DNA of 45,733 nt from a virus (taxonomy: Duplodnaviria > Caudoviricetes): positions 1 through 45,733 of the IMG/VR virus record IMGVR_UViG_3300012349_000008; one strand, written 5' to 3'. Every line of letters begins with the position of its first letter. The stretch's first letter is position 1. Below the pieces are notes generated by a model that saw only the letters and a list, made by a program, of their open reading frames with translations, was not told where the DNA came from and made no database searches. This document shows positions 17,306 to 27,704 of this stretch, piece by piece. The translations under genes were made by a program, and so were the position numbers.

Positions 17306-19013
17306 AAGTTTTACATATGATGGTACTCCTTATTCTATGTATAGTAGGAGTGAGTTTACAGATGATGAGGCGTTTAATTCTCTAGATCAATACATGAGTA
17401 CAGGTAAACAAAGCTTTGATCCTAGTAATGAAAAAAGTATAATGGTTCAACCAGGACAAGTAAGTTCTATAGGAGATATGGCTTCTCATACTAGAAGTAT
17501 GTATGATCAATATATAGCAGCTCCTATTTCACAAGGTATACAAAGTATACAAAGTAATCCTACTGTACAAGGAATAGTAGGTCCTGGATTTACACCTCCT
17601 GAAGGAAGGAATGTACAAACTGATACAGGCATAGAAACTAGAATGTATCCTAGTGAAAATGGAAGTGGTGTAAAAGCATTTGGTGATTATTTAAAGAATA
17701 CTATTAATGATCCTGTAGCTATGATGTTAATGTTAGGTGGTGGACCTATGGGAAAAGCTACAGGAAGTGTAATGCAGAAACTAGCACCTACAGTTCTACA
17801 AGGAACTCTTAAAGCCTTTGGAATGCCTGTAGGACTTGCTAGTTCTAGTCTAGCATTAGATCAAATCTTTGATCCTAATGCATCTTTTATGGATTCCTCA
17901 AAGAAAGCTATAGCTATAGGTGGAGTTACTACTGGATTACAATACATGATGGCAGGGTGGAATAAATTTCTTAGTAAACAACAAGGATTAGAAGCTTCAC
18001 AGAATGCTACTCAAAGTGCTAGTAGAGATGCAATAGGAGAACAAGATGAATATAATAGAATGTTACAGGGGTTTAATGATATATGGGATAAGTATGGAGT
18101 GACAGGTAGTTTACAGAAGAATCCTAGTGCGTTTTTAAAAGAGATGCAAGATGTAGCACAGAAAGTAGGACAGGATAGACTTAACACTTCTATAAAAGGA
18201 ATGTTAGATTATGTAAAGGTTAGTGGGGGAGATGATGTTAAGAGAAACTTTGCTAGTTCTATACAGTCTTTAAGAACTAACCTTACAAGTTTAAGTAACC
18301 TACAAGAAGGTTCTAGTAAGTATAATGATGTATTTAAAGACTTTATAGACAACCTTCATGACACACAGAATATAGTATTTGGAATTAAAGGTAAAGGATA
18401 TGGAATTACTAATCCTTCTGATTCTGTTTTATCTTATCAACTTTCACAGGATCCTGAATTTATAAAAGCCTTAGTAAATACAAAAGCTATATCTCAAGGT
18501 CAAGCTGGAGCTATTATAAAGAATAAAGGTTTAGAACAAATTCTACCTGATTGGAAAGAATATACCACCCAAAGAGATATTGATAGAGTTGTAGGTAGAA
18601 GTAATACAAACATCCAACAGAATGCTTCTCTACGTAATGCTCAACAACAAAATAACCTTGACCTACCTGTATGGCAAAGTAATATGCAATCTCTAGTACA
18701 GGAAATTAATAATATAAATAGAAGTAAAGCTGTAACAGAGAGTATATTAGGTACAGATTTAAAAGATGTAGAAGCTGTAAAGAGTGCTGCGTTAAAGACT
18801 TTACAGAAGTATGATAAAATAGATGCTACATCTCAACAGATTGTAAATGTAGCTTCTGCTAGGTGGAGTAGAGTTGCTCAAGATTTAGAAGGTAGAACTT
18901 TAGCTTCTACACAAAGGTATGGAAGTAAGGACTACAGAGACCTTACAGGCTTTCAACTAAGTACTGTAGGTCCTTTTAACTCTTCAGTATTACAAAGTCT
19001 AAAAGAGAAGTAA
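17295..19013 (+). CDS. Internal virion / DNA ejection protein
   Basis: 572 aa with a Gly/Ala-rich hydrophobic stretch and helical C-terminus. Confidence 0.55.
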   Translation: MPTKSFTYDGTPYSMYSRSEFTDDEAFNSLDQYMSTGKQSFDPSNEKSIMVQPGQVSSIGDMASHTRSMYDQYIAAPISQGIQSIQSNPTVQGIVGPGFTPPEGRNVQTDTGIETRMYPSENGSGVKAFGDYLKNTINDPVAMMLMLGGGPMGKATGSVMQKLAPTVLQGTLKAFGMPVGLASSSLALDQIFDPNASFMDSSKKAIAIGGVTTGLQYMMAGWNKFLSKQQGLEASQNATQSASRDAIGEQDEYNRMLQGFNDIWDKYGVTGSLQKNPSAFLKEMQDVAQKVGQDRLNTSIKGMLDYVKVSGGDDVKRNFASSIQSLRTNLTSLSNLQEGSSKYNDVFKDFIDNLHDTQNIVFGIKGKGYGITNPSDSVLSYQLSQDPEFIKALVNTKAISQGQAGAIIKNKGLEQILPDWKEYTTQRDIDRVVGRSNTNIQQNASLRNAQQQNNLDLPVWQSNMQSLVQEINNINRSKAVTESILGTDLKDVEAVKSAALKTLQKYDKIDATSQQIVNVASARWSRVAQDLEGRTLASTQRYGSKDYRDLTGFQLSTVGPFNSSVLQSLKEK

Positions 19014-19396
19014 TGGCTGAAGGTATAAATGGAAATGGAAAATTAACTACTTGGTTATTAGGAATATTTGCTACAGTTCTTATCTTAATTCTAGGATTTC
19101 TTATTAATGCAATATTGAGTATAAATACTAGAGTAGGAGCTTTAGAAATCTTAAGTTCTGCTAACTCTGAAAAGGTAAGACATCTAGAAAATGGTACTCT
19201 TAGTATAGTTCCTGATAAGCTAGACTTTGTAGTTAAACACGCTGAACTGACAGCTAAACTCTCTAATGTAGAGAGCAGTAATAAAGTATTAGAAGCTAGA
19301 GTTACTAGTATATCTGAAAGATTATTCGTTGTAAGCACACAGCTAGATCATTTAAGCTTACAGGACGGAATTAAAGAGAAGTTTAAAAAAGAATGA
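19013..19396 (+). CDS. Single-TM coiled-coil membrane protein (possibly holin-like)
   Basis: TM segment WLLGIFATVLILILGFLINAIL followed by heptad-like sequence. Confidence 0.5.
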   Translation: MAEGINGNGKLTTWLLGIFATVLILILGFLINAILSINTRVGALEILSSANSEKVRHLENGTLSIVPDKLDFVVKHAELTAKLSNVESSNKVLEARVTSISERLFVVSTQLDHLSLQDGIKEKFKKE

Positions 19397-21024
19397 TCAC
19401 CTTCCAGTTAGATAGTAGTGCAGAGTTATTAAAAACTTTTCTCCCTCCCTTTAAAGGTACATGGAAAACTCTGCCTTCCCACTTAATTCCAGAAGATACT
19501 TTACAGGACTCTTCTAACGTATCATTAATAGAAGGAAAGTTACGTAGTAGACCTGGTTTATTAGACTTTGATACTTTTCAATTTCTAGACCCTTTAAGTC
19601 CTGATCCAGCACTTACTACTAAAATACTAGGAAGTATACAGTTTATAACTACTACAAACTCTAAGTTCTTAATATGTAGCTCATTACAAAATATATGGAC
19701 TAAAAGAGATACTTCTAATACATGGACTATCCTTCCTGCTACATATGTAATACAAGGTTCTTCTCTATATAACATAAGAATGTGTATGCTTCAACAAGGG
19801 AGTAGTATTTACTTACTATACGCTAATGGAACTCAACAGGTTAGTCAAAGTACTAACTTAGGTCCATTAACTACTATTACTAACTTACAAAGTGGTAGCT
19901 TACCTTCTCCTATAGCTAGAGATATATGCGTATCCTTCGATAGAATAGTAGTAATGCAACCTCCTTTTACAATAGCATGGTCTTCAGTAATTAACAACTC
20001 CTTTCCAGCCTTTACATCCTGGTCAGCTTTAGATCAAGTTATTCTTACACAAACTACAGATCCTTTAGTTGCTATTTCACCTCTAGGAGTATTAAATTAT
20101 ACAGTATATAAGGAAGGAAATATATACGCTGCTATAGCTCAGAGTGGTCCTTCTTCACAAGCCTTTAGATTTGAACATAGAGGTGAATACGAAGGTCCAT
20201 GTTGTCCTAATAGTGTTATAAACGTAAATGGATCACAAATACGTATGACACCTACAGGAAGAGTAGGTATATTTAACGGTACAAATCATGAATGGATATG
20301 TGATGGAGTATGGCCTTTTATTAGAAAAGAAATAGATAGAAACTACTTACAGAATGTATTTGGTGTTTATAATTATAAATTATCAGAAGTAACCTTCTGG
20401 TATCCAAGGATAGGAGATACAGGAGCTTGTAAAGGAATGTTAATTATTGACCTTCCATATCCTACTGCTGGTATTTCTACTTTTTCATACTTCCTAGGAA
20501 CTTCTAGCTTTGCTGTCTCACATGGACTATCAATACGTAAATTTAAAGACATAGTAAGTCCTGTAGTATTTGGTTCTTCTTCTCTACTTCCTGATACGTC
20601 TAGTGATGTATTTCCACCTAGGGCATTCCTTCTAGATGAGGATACATATAAAGATAGTACTAGAAACTTTACTTGTAAATTTAGTACTGGATTGTTTAAA
20701 CCTGTAAGTCAAGTAGATCAAGGTGGTATCTCTACTGGTAAAGCTAAAACTGATAACTCTGGAATTTATAAGCCTACTATTGAGTTATACACCACAAGAG
20801 ATAACACTAGAGGTTTTATAGATCTTTCTCCTTTAATAAGTAACGGCTTAGAAACTAATGGAGATATCTTAGAAACTGATAGGATAGACTTAACACAAAC
20901 CTTTCCTAATGAATACCATGGATTTAATGAAGCTGGGTCTTTTATAGGTGTACATGCAGAATGGGAAGCTTCTTCAAAGGTAGAATATAAAGGGTGTGAA
21001 GTATATGGAAGAAAGACTCCTTAA
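19393..21024 (+). CDS. Tail nozzle / DNA-stabilisation protein (P22 gp10 or tubular protein B-like)
   Basis: N-terminal N-V...G-L-SRPG, beta-propeller-like body, EVTFWYP motif. Confidence 0.75.
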   Translation: MITFQLDSSAELLKTFLPPFKGTWKTLPSHLIPEDTLQDSSNVSLIEGKLRSRPGLLDFDTFQFLDPLSPDPALTTKILGSIQFITTTNSKFLICSSLQNIWTKRDTSNTWTILPATYVIQGSSLYNIRMCMLQQGSSIYLLYANGTQQVSQSTNLGPLTTITNLQSGSLPSPIARDICVSFDRIVVMQPPFTIAWSSVINNSFPAFTSWSALDQVILTQTTDPLVAISPLGVLNYTVYKEGNIYAAIAQSGPSSQAFRFEHRGEYEGPCCPNSVINVNGSQIRMTPTGRVGIFNGTNHEWICDGVWPFIRKEIDRNYLQNVFGVYNYKLSEVTFWYPRIGDTGACKGMLIIDLPYPTAGISTFSYFLGTSSFAVSHGLSIRKFKDIVSPVVFGSSSLLPDTSSDVFPPRAFLLDEDTYKDSTRNFTCKFSTGLFKPVSQVDQGGISTGKAKTDNSGIYKPTIELYTTRDNTRGFIDLSPLISNGLETNGDILETDRIDLTQTFPNEYHGFNEAGSFIGVHAEWEASSKVEYKGCEVYGRKTP

Positions 21025-21112
21025 GATTATATACTACTCTACAGCTATTATATATGTCTATGTAGGATTTCTAGCTGTTAAGTTATTTAGACTATTAGAG
21101 AAGAAGAAATAA
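21005..21112 (+). CDS. 35-aa single-TM peptide (not in ORF track)
   Basis: MEERLLKIIYYSTAIIYVYVGFLAVKLFRLLEKKK; stop abuts the next ATG. Confidence 0.45.
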   Translation: MEERLLKIIYYSTAIIYVYVGFLAVKLFRLLEKKK

Positions 21113-22066
21113 ATGCCTTCTCTACTAGCAGTTCCACATTTTGATTCTTATGATACCTTGCTCTATAAAAATAACCCTACCATTCAAGAACTTATCCACT
21201 TACTTTCTAATAATGAAAGGAGCTTAAATTCTTACCTACAAAGTATAAATAACCAATTTCAAGACAGTGTAGAAAGTGTAAACTCTGTTGCTACTGTTAT
21301 CTCAAACTTAGTATTAGCAGCTCAAGATGTAGGATTTACTATCTCAGGTGGGATTAATCAACGTACTTTAACTGTAGATTTAAATCTATTAGCTTCTACT
21401 GGACTCTTTGTAAGAGGAGTATCTAATAGAATACAATCTACAGGATCTACTACTCTAGGTACTGGTGGTGAGGTATCTTTAATAGATATAGATCCTACAT
21501 ATCAAGGTCAAGAAAGTATTACTGTAGTAGGAAATATCCATACAGGAACCTGGAGTGCAGGAGATATTACAGTTCCATTAGGAAATAGTGGTCAAAGGGT
21601 AAGAAATACAGGTAGGTTATTATCTCTTACTTTTCCTACACCTCTAGGAAACTCTGCAGGGACTACTGAAAGTACTCTTATTTCTTTCTCACTTCCTTCT
21701 AACAGTCTATCTCAAGATGGACAGAGCATAACTCTATATACCTCTGGTCACTTTGCAAGTAATGGAAACGATAAGAGAGTTCACTTTAACTTAGTAAATA
21801 CTCCCTTACTAGACTCTGGTATTGTAACGTTAAATAACACAGATTGGGTATCTACATTACAGCTAGTAAGAATTAATAACACTCATGTATCTACTAGTAG
21901 TATTTTTCTCTCTACAAATACTAGTATAGTAAAGAATATCTCCAACCTAACTATACTAGACTTGACACTCAACACCTTACAAGTTACACTTACAGGTAGC
22001 TCTCCTACTACTGGAGCTGCTAATGATGTGTTAGTATCTCTAGGAATTATGGATTATGCATCATGA
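21113..22066 (+). CDS. Putative tail protein
   Basis: S/T/G-rich; Y-GQ-SIT-VG-I-TGTW tail-type motif. Confidence 0.6.
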   Translation: MPSLLAVPHFDSYDTLLYKNNPTIQELIHLLSNNERSLNSYLQSINNQFQDSVESVNSVATVISNLVLAAQDVGFTISGGINQRTLTVDLNLLASTGLFVRGVSNRIQSTGSTTLGTGGEVSLIDIDPTYQGQESITVVGNIHTGTWSAGDITVPLGNSGQRVRNTGRLLSLTFPTPLGNSAGTTESTLISFSLPSNSLSQDGQSITLYTSGHFASNGNDKRVHFNLVNTPLLDSGIVTLNNTDWVSTLQLVRINNTHVSTSSIFLSTNTSIVKNISNLTILDLTLNTLQVTLTGSSPTTGAANDVLVSLGIMDYAS

Positions 22067-22452
22067 ATCTTACTGAACTTAATGAGGAATTAGAAAGGCT
22101 TACAAGATTACGTAACTCCTTAACAGATGATACTCTTATTCTAGAAGAACGAGAATTAGCCTTTCGTAGGTTAAATCGTAGATTAATATATTCTATAGAA
22201 GTAAAATCTAATGCTATTAAAGAGTCTGAAAGAGTTATAAAATCCATAGCCCATAGTATATATGGAGAGATAGAATTCTACATGACTCTAGATGTAGATG
22301 AGCCTATACCTATAGTTACTAAAGATGTTCCTGTAGTAGAACAGGAAGAGATACAAAAGGAAGTTATTTCTATCTCTACAGAAGGAAAGGAAGATGTAAA
22401 ACATGGGACTTATAGGTCATTCTTTACGTATCTTAGATCATTTAGGAAATGA
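22063..22452 (+). CDS. Hypothetical coiled-coil protein
   Basis: 129 aa, ATGA-coupled. Confidence 0.55.
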   Translation: MNLTELNEELERLTRLRNSLTDDTLILEERELAFRRLNRRLIYSIEVKSNAIKESERVIKSIAHSIYGEIEFYMTLDVDEPIPIVTKDVPVVEQEEIQKEVISISTEGKEDVKHGTYRSFFTYLRSFRK

Positions 22453-22861
22453 TGTAGTATTAATAACCCCAGATGGAGTATTACTTAAGAATAGTGTTAT
22501 AGACTTTGGAATAGATGCTACTAATATAGAGATAAAATTAAATATAGACTCAAGTATGAGTACAGGAGATATCTTAGTAGGTAAGAAGCCTGATGTATTA
22601 ACAACTGTAGATCCTAATGTAACTACTACACGTAAGTACTTATCTCAGATAGGAGATGGTGTACTTCCACTTACTACTACTTGGGAAGCTATTATAGGAG
22701 GTGGAACAGGAGATGTAGTAGGTCCAGCTAGTGCTGTAAATAATAACCTAGTAGCATTTGATGGAACTACTGGTAAGTTAATAAAAGACTCAGGAGTATC
22801 TAGTTCAGGAAGTGGACTTACACAAGATCAAGTCCTTAACAGACTAGCCTTTAGGGCGTAA
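22403..22861 (+). CDS. Tail fibre-like protein
   Basis: GTGDVVGPASA-NN-L-AFDGTTGKLIKDSG repeat unit common in phage fibres. Confidence 0.7.
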   Translation: MGLIGHSLRILDHLGNDVVLITPDGVLLKNSVIDFGIDATNIEIKLNIDSSMSTGDILVGKKPDVLTTVDPNVTTTRKYLSQIGDGVLPLTTTWEAIIGGGTGDVVGPASAVNNNLVAFDGTTGKLIKDSGVSSSGSGLTQDQVLNRLAFRA

Positions 22862-22863
22862 GA

Positions 22864-24396
22864 ATGATAATTCTAGATACAACTACTAGAAGTTTAGAAT
22901 TTAAACTCAGTGGAACAGTAACTACTAATCAACTTCCTTTTGTATCTTTCTACACAGACCATACTTCTTCTGCATATACTCCTGTCTCTCAGAATGGAGT
23001 ATCTAATAACACTACAGCAGTAACTATTGTAACTGCTCCAGGAGCTAGTACACAAAGAGCTGTAAAGTATATAAACATAAGAAACAGAGATACAGTAAGT
23101 TCTACTGTAACTCTTCAATACAACGACAACGGAACTATTAGAGAACTCTTTGTAGTAGTATTAAGTGTAGATGACACCTTAACCTACACAGATGTAAATG
23201 GCTGGGAAGTAATCAACACCTCAGGTCAAAAAAAAAGTATAGCTAGTATTACTGGAAACGTTACAGTAGTACAAGCTACAGGTACTAACTTACACACAGT
23301 ATTAGACTCTGGTACACTTACTACAATTACAAACGTAGTACATGTAGATGATAACTCAGGATCATTAACTATAGATGGAACTATAACCGCTAATGCAGGT
23401 ACTAACCTTAACACTTCCTTACTAAGTACAGAAGCTACTCTAGACGCTAGAACTGGAATACTTACTGAAACTGCTCCATCTACAGATACCGCCTCTAGTG
23501 GATTGAATGGAAGATTACAAAGAATAGCACAGAGACTTACAAGTCTTATCGCACTTCTTCCTTCTGCATTAGTAGGTGGTAGATTAGATGTAAATATAGG
23601 AGCTTCTGCTGCTACTGTAACTATTGCAGATACAAATCTAGATAACGCTACCCTAGTAGATAATGCTGGATTTACAGATGGCACTACTAGACTTTTAATG
23701 ACAGGGTATATTCTAGACGATACAGCAGGTACAGCTCTTACAGAGAATGATGCAGCAGCAGGACGTATCTCTACCAATAGGGCTGTAGTAAATGTAATAG
23801 AAGATGGAGCTACTAGAGCTAGATACGCTACTGTAACTGCTAGTAATGCTGTAAAGGTAGATAACTCTGGAGTAACACAACCTGTCTCAGGAACTATTAC
23901 TGCTAGTAATACAGCAGGAGATATAGCTAGTGGTGCTACAGATTCAGGAAATCCTGTTAAAATAGGTGCTCAAGCACGTACTACTGATATAACTCCTGTA
24001 ACTTCTGCACAGAGAGTTAACTTAATAGCCGATACGTTAGGTAAATTAGTAGTTCTCCAGGGAAGTGTACATGATCTACAAAGTAATGGAACTACTAACT
24101 ATACTACTACCACTGCAGCAGATGTTATTGCAGCAGCAGGAGTAGGTGTACGTATTGCAGTAACTTCTATCTTAGCCACTAATGCTCATGCTACAGTAGC
24201 TAGTAAAGTAGAAATACGAGATGGAACTACTGTAAAAATCATAGGTCACTGTGCAGCAGCAGGTGGAGGATTCTCTTTAAATTCAGGAGGTAGACCTTTA
24301 TTCATTACCACTGCCAATACCGCTGCTACTGCTAGAGCTGTTACAACAGGTGCAGATATAGATGTAAGTATAAGTGGATATAAGATAGCTAATTAA
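22864..24396 (+). CDS. Tail or virion structural protein
   Basis: 510 aa, T/A/G-rich; VDNSGVTQPVSG and DSGNPVKIG motifs. Confidence 0.7.
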   Translation: MIILDTTTRSLEFKLSGTVTTNQLPFVSFYTDHTSSAYTPVSQNGVSNNTTAVTIVTAPGASTQRAVKYINIRNRDTVSSTVTLQYNDNGTIRELFVVVLSVDDTLTYTDVNGWEVINTSGQKKSIASITGNVTVVQATGTNLHTVLDSGTLTTITNVVHVDDNSGSLTIDGTITANAGTNLNTSLLSTEATLDARTGILTETAPSTDTASSGLNGRLQRIAQRLTSLIALLPSALVGGRLDVNIGASAATVTIADTNLDNATLVDNAGFTDGTTRLLMTGYILDDTAGTALTENDAAAGRISTNRAVVNVIEDGATRARYATVTASNAVKVDNSGVTQPVSGTITASNTAGDIASGATDSGNPVKIGAQARTTDITPVTSAQRVNLIADTLGKLVVLQGSVHDLQSNGTTNYTTTTAADVIAAAGVGVRIAVTSILATNAHATVASKVEIRDGTTVKIIGHCAAAGGGFSLNSGGRPLFITTANTAATARAVTTGADIDVSISGYKIAN

Positions 24397-24424
24397 CTTT
24401 TTATAAATATAGTTGAGAATATAA

Positions 24425-24958
24425 ATGGCAACTGGTACTATCTTATTATGGCCTGGAGCTATAACACTTCCTGATGGAACTTCTGGAAATGCTTACTGTC
24501 AAGCTCAAGTAGCTAAAAGTACTGGCACAGCTCCTACTAATGGACCTTCTTTATTCTTTACTGAACTCTTATTTGATGCTAGTACAGATGAACACTGTTT
24601 CTTTACTTTCACACTCCCTAGTGACTACAGCTCTGGAGGAATTATAAATATAGACTGGAAAAGAGCCTCAGGAACTACAGCACAGAATTGTATATTTAAA
24701 GCTGCTGTAGCTGCTGTAACTCCAGGTGCTACAGAGGTTCCTAATACTAAAGCCTTAAATACAGTAGCTACTACTACTACAGCAGCAGGTACTACTTCTC
24801 AAGCTTTAGTAACTACTGCCATAACCTTAACAATGGATAGTGCAGCAGCAGGAGATATGGTTACTGTTATGTTAGGTAGAGATGCTGATAATGCATCTGA
24901 CACCTTAACAGTAGATGCTCAAGTTACAGATGTTAACTTTACATACACTACTACATAA
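24425..24958 (+). CDS. Putative virion beta-sandwich protein
   Basis: T/A-rich; FDASTDE...LP-DY motif. Confidence 0.6.
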   Translation: MATGTILLWPGAITLPDGTSGNAYCQAQVAKSTGTAPTNGPSLFFTELLFDASTDEHCFFTFTLPSDYSSGGIINIDWKRASGTTAQNCIFKAAVAAVTPGATEVPNTKALNTVATTTTAAGTTSQALVTTAITLTMDSAAAGDMVTVMLGRDADNASDTLTVDAQVTDVNFTYTTT

Positions 24959-24969
24959 GGTATAAAGAT

Positions 24970-25164
24970 ATGCCAGACTTTCTATTTAGTGCTCTAGTTA
25001 CTCTTAGTGATTTATCTACATTTACAATAAACTTAGATGTAACTAATCAACCTGATCTTGCCACAGCAACAACAGTAGCAGAGAACTATGTTATAACAAA
25101 TCAAGCTAGATGGGCTAGTTTACCTATTACAGGTGTAGTAGTTACAGTTCAAGTGAGGCCGTAA
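24970..25164 (+). CDS. Small hypothetical virion protein
   Basis: 64 aa ORF in the operon. Confidence 0.5.
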   Translation: MPDFLFSALVTLSDLSTFTINLDVTNQPDLATATTVAENYVITNQARWASLPITGVVVTVQVRP

Positions 25165-25183
25165 TTAGAAAGTATAAACTAAA

Positions 25184-25972
25184 ATGCCTCTAACCTTTGA
25201 TGGTGTAGATGATAGAATCTCAACAGCAAATAGAAATAATGGACCTACTGCATTTCCTTTTGCTGTAGCAGCAGTTATTAAACTCTCTAGTGTAGCAGGA
25301 TTTCAAGTAGTTCTTCAATATTCCTTTGGAGCATTTGACACGACTGGATTTATGCTTACTGCTATAGATAACAATGGTCTAGGAATGAGATGGTGGATAG
25401 GAACAGGAGTTGCTGCTGATGCTACTACAACAGTACTTCCTAATAATACCTGGCTATTCGTAGCTGCATCAAGCCTTAACAGTACTACACATAGACTCTA
25501 CTCATATAACTATGAAACACGAGCAGTTATTTCTAATATATCAACTACTACATCTTCTCCATTTGTGAACCCCTCAGCAAGCTTCTTTCATATAGGTATG
25601 GACACTGGAGCTGATGTAAGTTATGGTGATAACTTCTCTGGAATTATGTCTTATGTTGGTGTATATAAAACAGACTTTACAGGTCATAGTGGAGATGCAT
25701 TTCAAGCTATGGCATTTCTAGGTCCATATGCTGTAGCTACTCCTAGTAATTTATGGACTTTTAATGAAATGACAAGTACTATTACACGTGAACAGATAGC
25801 AGGTGGAAATGATGGAACGTTAACTAACTTTCCAGCTTCACCATGGGTTGAAGGAGGCTTACCTTCTCCTGTATGGAGTATAGGAGGTAGAAGGAGAGTA
25901 TCTAGACCTGCTATTGTCTCTGCTGGTGGAGCTGTAACAACACGTAAGACTCTTATGGGTGTAGGTATATAA
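25184..25972 (+). CDS. LamG/ConA-like lectin-domain protein
   Basis: LTFDGVDD, W-FVA, F-G-M--V-VY and W-FNE motifs. Confidence 0.75.
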   Translation: MPLTFDGVDDRISTANRNNGPTAFPFAVAAVIKLSSVAGFQVVLQYSFGAFDTTGFMLTAIDNNGLGMRWWIGTGVAADATTTVLPNNTWLFVAASSLNSTTHRLYSYNYETRAVISNISTTTSSPFVNPSASFFHIGMDTGADVSYGDNFSGIMSYVGVYKTDFTGHSGDAFQAMAFLGPYAVATPSNLWTFNEMTSTITREQIAGGNDGTLTNFPASPWVEGGLPSPVWSIGGRRRVSRPAIVSAGGAVTTRKTLMGVGI

Positions 25973-26005
25973 AGGTGTAGGTATATAAAGGTGTAGGTAT
26001 ATGAA
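25958..26005 (+). repeat. 3 x 16-bp tandem repeat GGTGTAGGTATATAAA
   Basis: Two exact copies and one with a single mismatch, spanning a stop codon and the next RBS. Confidence 0.9.
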
Positions 26006-26443
26006 ATGCAACTTTCATTACTAGACTTAAAGAATGAATTAACTAATGATCCTACAAATATAGGATATGCACAATTCCTTCAACCTATAAGTGCTAGAGA
26101 TAACTTTCAATTAGCTACTTTACTAAACCTACGTAGATCAAGTATACAAGTCCCTAGAGAGCCTATATCTACAATGAGACTCTTTAGTAATATAAATGCT
26201 AATGATTTTCTATCTCTTACAACTATACAACTAAATGAACTACACGTTGTATTAACAATGCCTACTATAGATCTTAATGACTCTTCTATAAGACAAATCC
26301 TACAAGGTATCTTTATAAATAAAACTAGTACGTTACAGAACTTTGCTGCATTAAGGACCAGAGACGGTAGTAGATTTGAAGAACTTACAAGTCCTGGACA
26401 GATACTACTTACTATATATATCTCCCAAGCTCTAGAGAGTTAA
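26006..26443 (+). CDS. Hypothetical protein
   Basis: LKNEL-NDP-GY start and SR-EEL near the end. Confidence 0.65.
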   Translation: MQLSLLDLKNELTNDPTNIGYAQFLQPISARDNFQLATLLNLRRSSIQVPREPISTMRLFSNINANDFLSLTTIQLNELHVVLTMPTIDLNDSSIRQILQGIFINKTSTLQNFAALRTRDGSRFEELTSPGQILLTIYISQALES

Positions 26444-26447
26444 AGAT

Positions 26448-26927
26448 ATGGCTGGTGATATCTTTCTTAAAGAAGGTACTATATTTACTCTCACTAGCTC
26501 TGGGAGTTCTCTTACTAATGGAACAGCAGTAGCATCAAGTAATGATCTAGATGTTAGAAGTAGTGGAAGTGCAGGAGTTATACAAAACCTAGAAGCTTTC
26601 TTTGAGTTCGTATGTCAATGGGCTACTGTAACAGGTATAGCAGCAGGTACAGTAGCTGCTGAGTTATACTTATCTCCTGCTCTAGATGGTACTAACTTTC
26701 CAGATGTAGATCTTACAGGTTCTTCATCTTTCCTACAGTATTCAAGTTTCATAGGTAACTTTATGTGTCCTAAGACACCTACTGCATCTACAAATATGAG
26801 ATTTAATTCTTCTGTTACAAGGTTAAGACCTTTAATATATAGACCTTATATTCTTAATAGAAGTGGTCAAACTATAGCTGCTGCGTGGAGTCTTAAAGCA
26901 CAGAGTACTAGACTTCAGTATACTTAG
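26448..26927 (+). CDS. Putative virion protein
   Basis: ELYL-P-LDGTNF and NRSGQ motifs; precedes a LamG gene. Confidence 0.6.
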   Translation: MAGDIFLKEGTIFTLTSSGSSLTNGTAVASSNDLDVRSSGSAGVIQNLEAFFEFVCQWATVTGIAAGTVAAELYLSPALDGTNFPDVDLTGSSSFLQYSSFIGNFMCPKTPTASTNMRFNSSVTRLRPLIYRPYILNRSGQTIAAAWSLKAQSTRLQYT

Positions 26928-26930
26928 GAA

Positions 26931-27695
26931 ATGAAAGTGTTAGAAGATACTTTCCTAGAAAATATACAAAGTAGAATATTTGCTTTATACTCTCCTATAG
27001 TAGAAGTAATGGGTGGAGTAATATACAGAGACTTAACATTAAGACATACAGGAAGTATAGTATCTTTAAGTCTTCCACCTTCTAGTGCATCAGGTTGGGG
27101 TTTCTCTAATCAAGGAAAAGGAGAACTACGTTTTAACCAAGATGGATATGTAGACTGTAGTAACGAGTTTAGATCTACTTCCTTCACACTTACTGCATGG
27201 GTGTATAATAGAGGTATAAATACCAACCCCTACACAGCTATAGTTACAAGCTCTGTTTCAGGAGATTTCTTTGGATTTGCTCTAGTACTAAATGTAAGTG
27301 CAGTAGATAAAGTAACTCTTGTAATTCAAGACTCTACTACAGAAACAGATATCAATGATCCTGATGTAATGAGTAAAAATACATGGCATTATATATGTGG
27401 AACATATGGTGGAACTACTGGAAGGTTGTATATAGATGGACTAGAGAAAGCTAATGCTACAGCTCCATTAGCATATGAAAGTGGAGATCATCTCATACTA
27501 GGAGATTTTACAAACACTATAGATACTTCAGGAAGGTTTACAGGTTCTTTAGGAGAGGTAGGAATATATAATGCAGCCCTTAGTGCTGCTGAGATAAGAT
27601 ACTTGTATAATAGAAATATTCTAGACCCTATATATAGGAGTCAAGAGTTCCTATACCTACCTCCTATTAAAGACTATACATACGTAAAGATCTAA
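26931..27695 (+). CDS. LamG/ConA-like lectin-domain protein
   Basis: FTLTAWV, WHYICGTY, LYIDG and F-G-L-EV-IYN-ALS-EI-LY. Confidence 0.88.
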   Translation: MKVLEDTFLENIQSRIFALYSPIVEVMGGVIYRDLTLRHTGSIVSLSLPPSSASGWGFSNQGKGELRFNQDGYVDCSNEFRSTSFTLTAWVYNRGINTNPYTAIVTSSVSGDFFGFALVLNVSAVDKVTLVIQDSTTETDINDPDVMSKNTWHYICGTYGGTTGRLYIDGLEKANATAPLAYESGDHLILGDFTNTIDTSGRFTGSLGEVGIYNAALSAAEIRYLYNRNILDPIYRSQEFLYLPPIKDYTYVKI

Positions 27696-27704
27696 GGTAA
27701 AGAG

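Noticed and set aside
23226-23777. Antisense or alternative-frame track ORFs (e.g. 3015, 4836, 4949, 6678, 7284, 7984, 15738, 16011, 16940, 18976, 19578, 22047, 22894, 23226, 29219, 30680, 34787, 36399, 36407, 38828, 40267, 41628)
   Set aside because: They are shadows of well-supported genes and lack recognisable motifs.
25958-26005. Possible mini-CRISPR array
   Set aside because: The repeats are contiguous with no spacers, and there are no cas genes.
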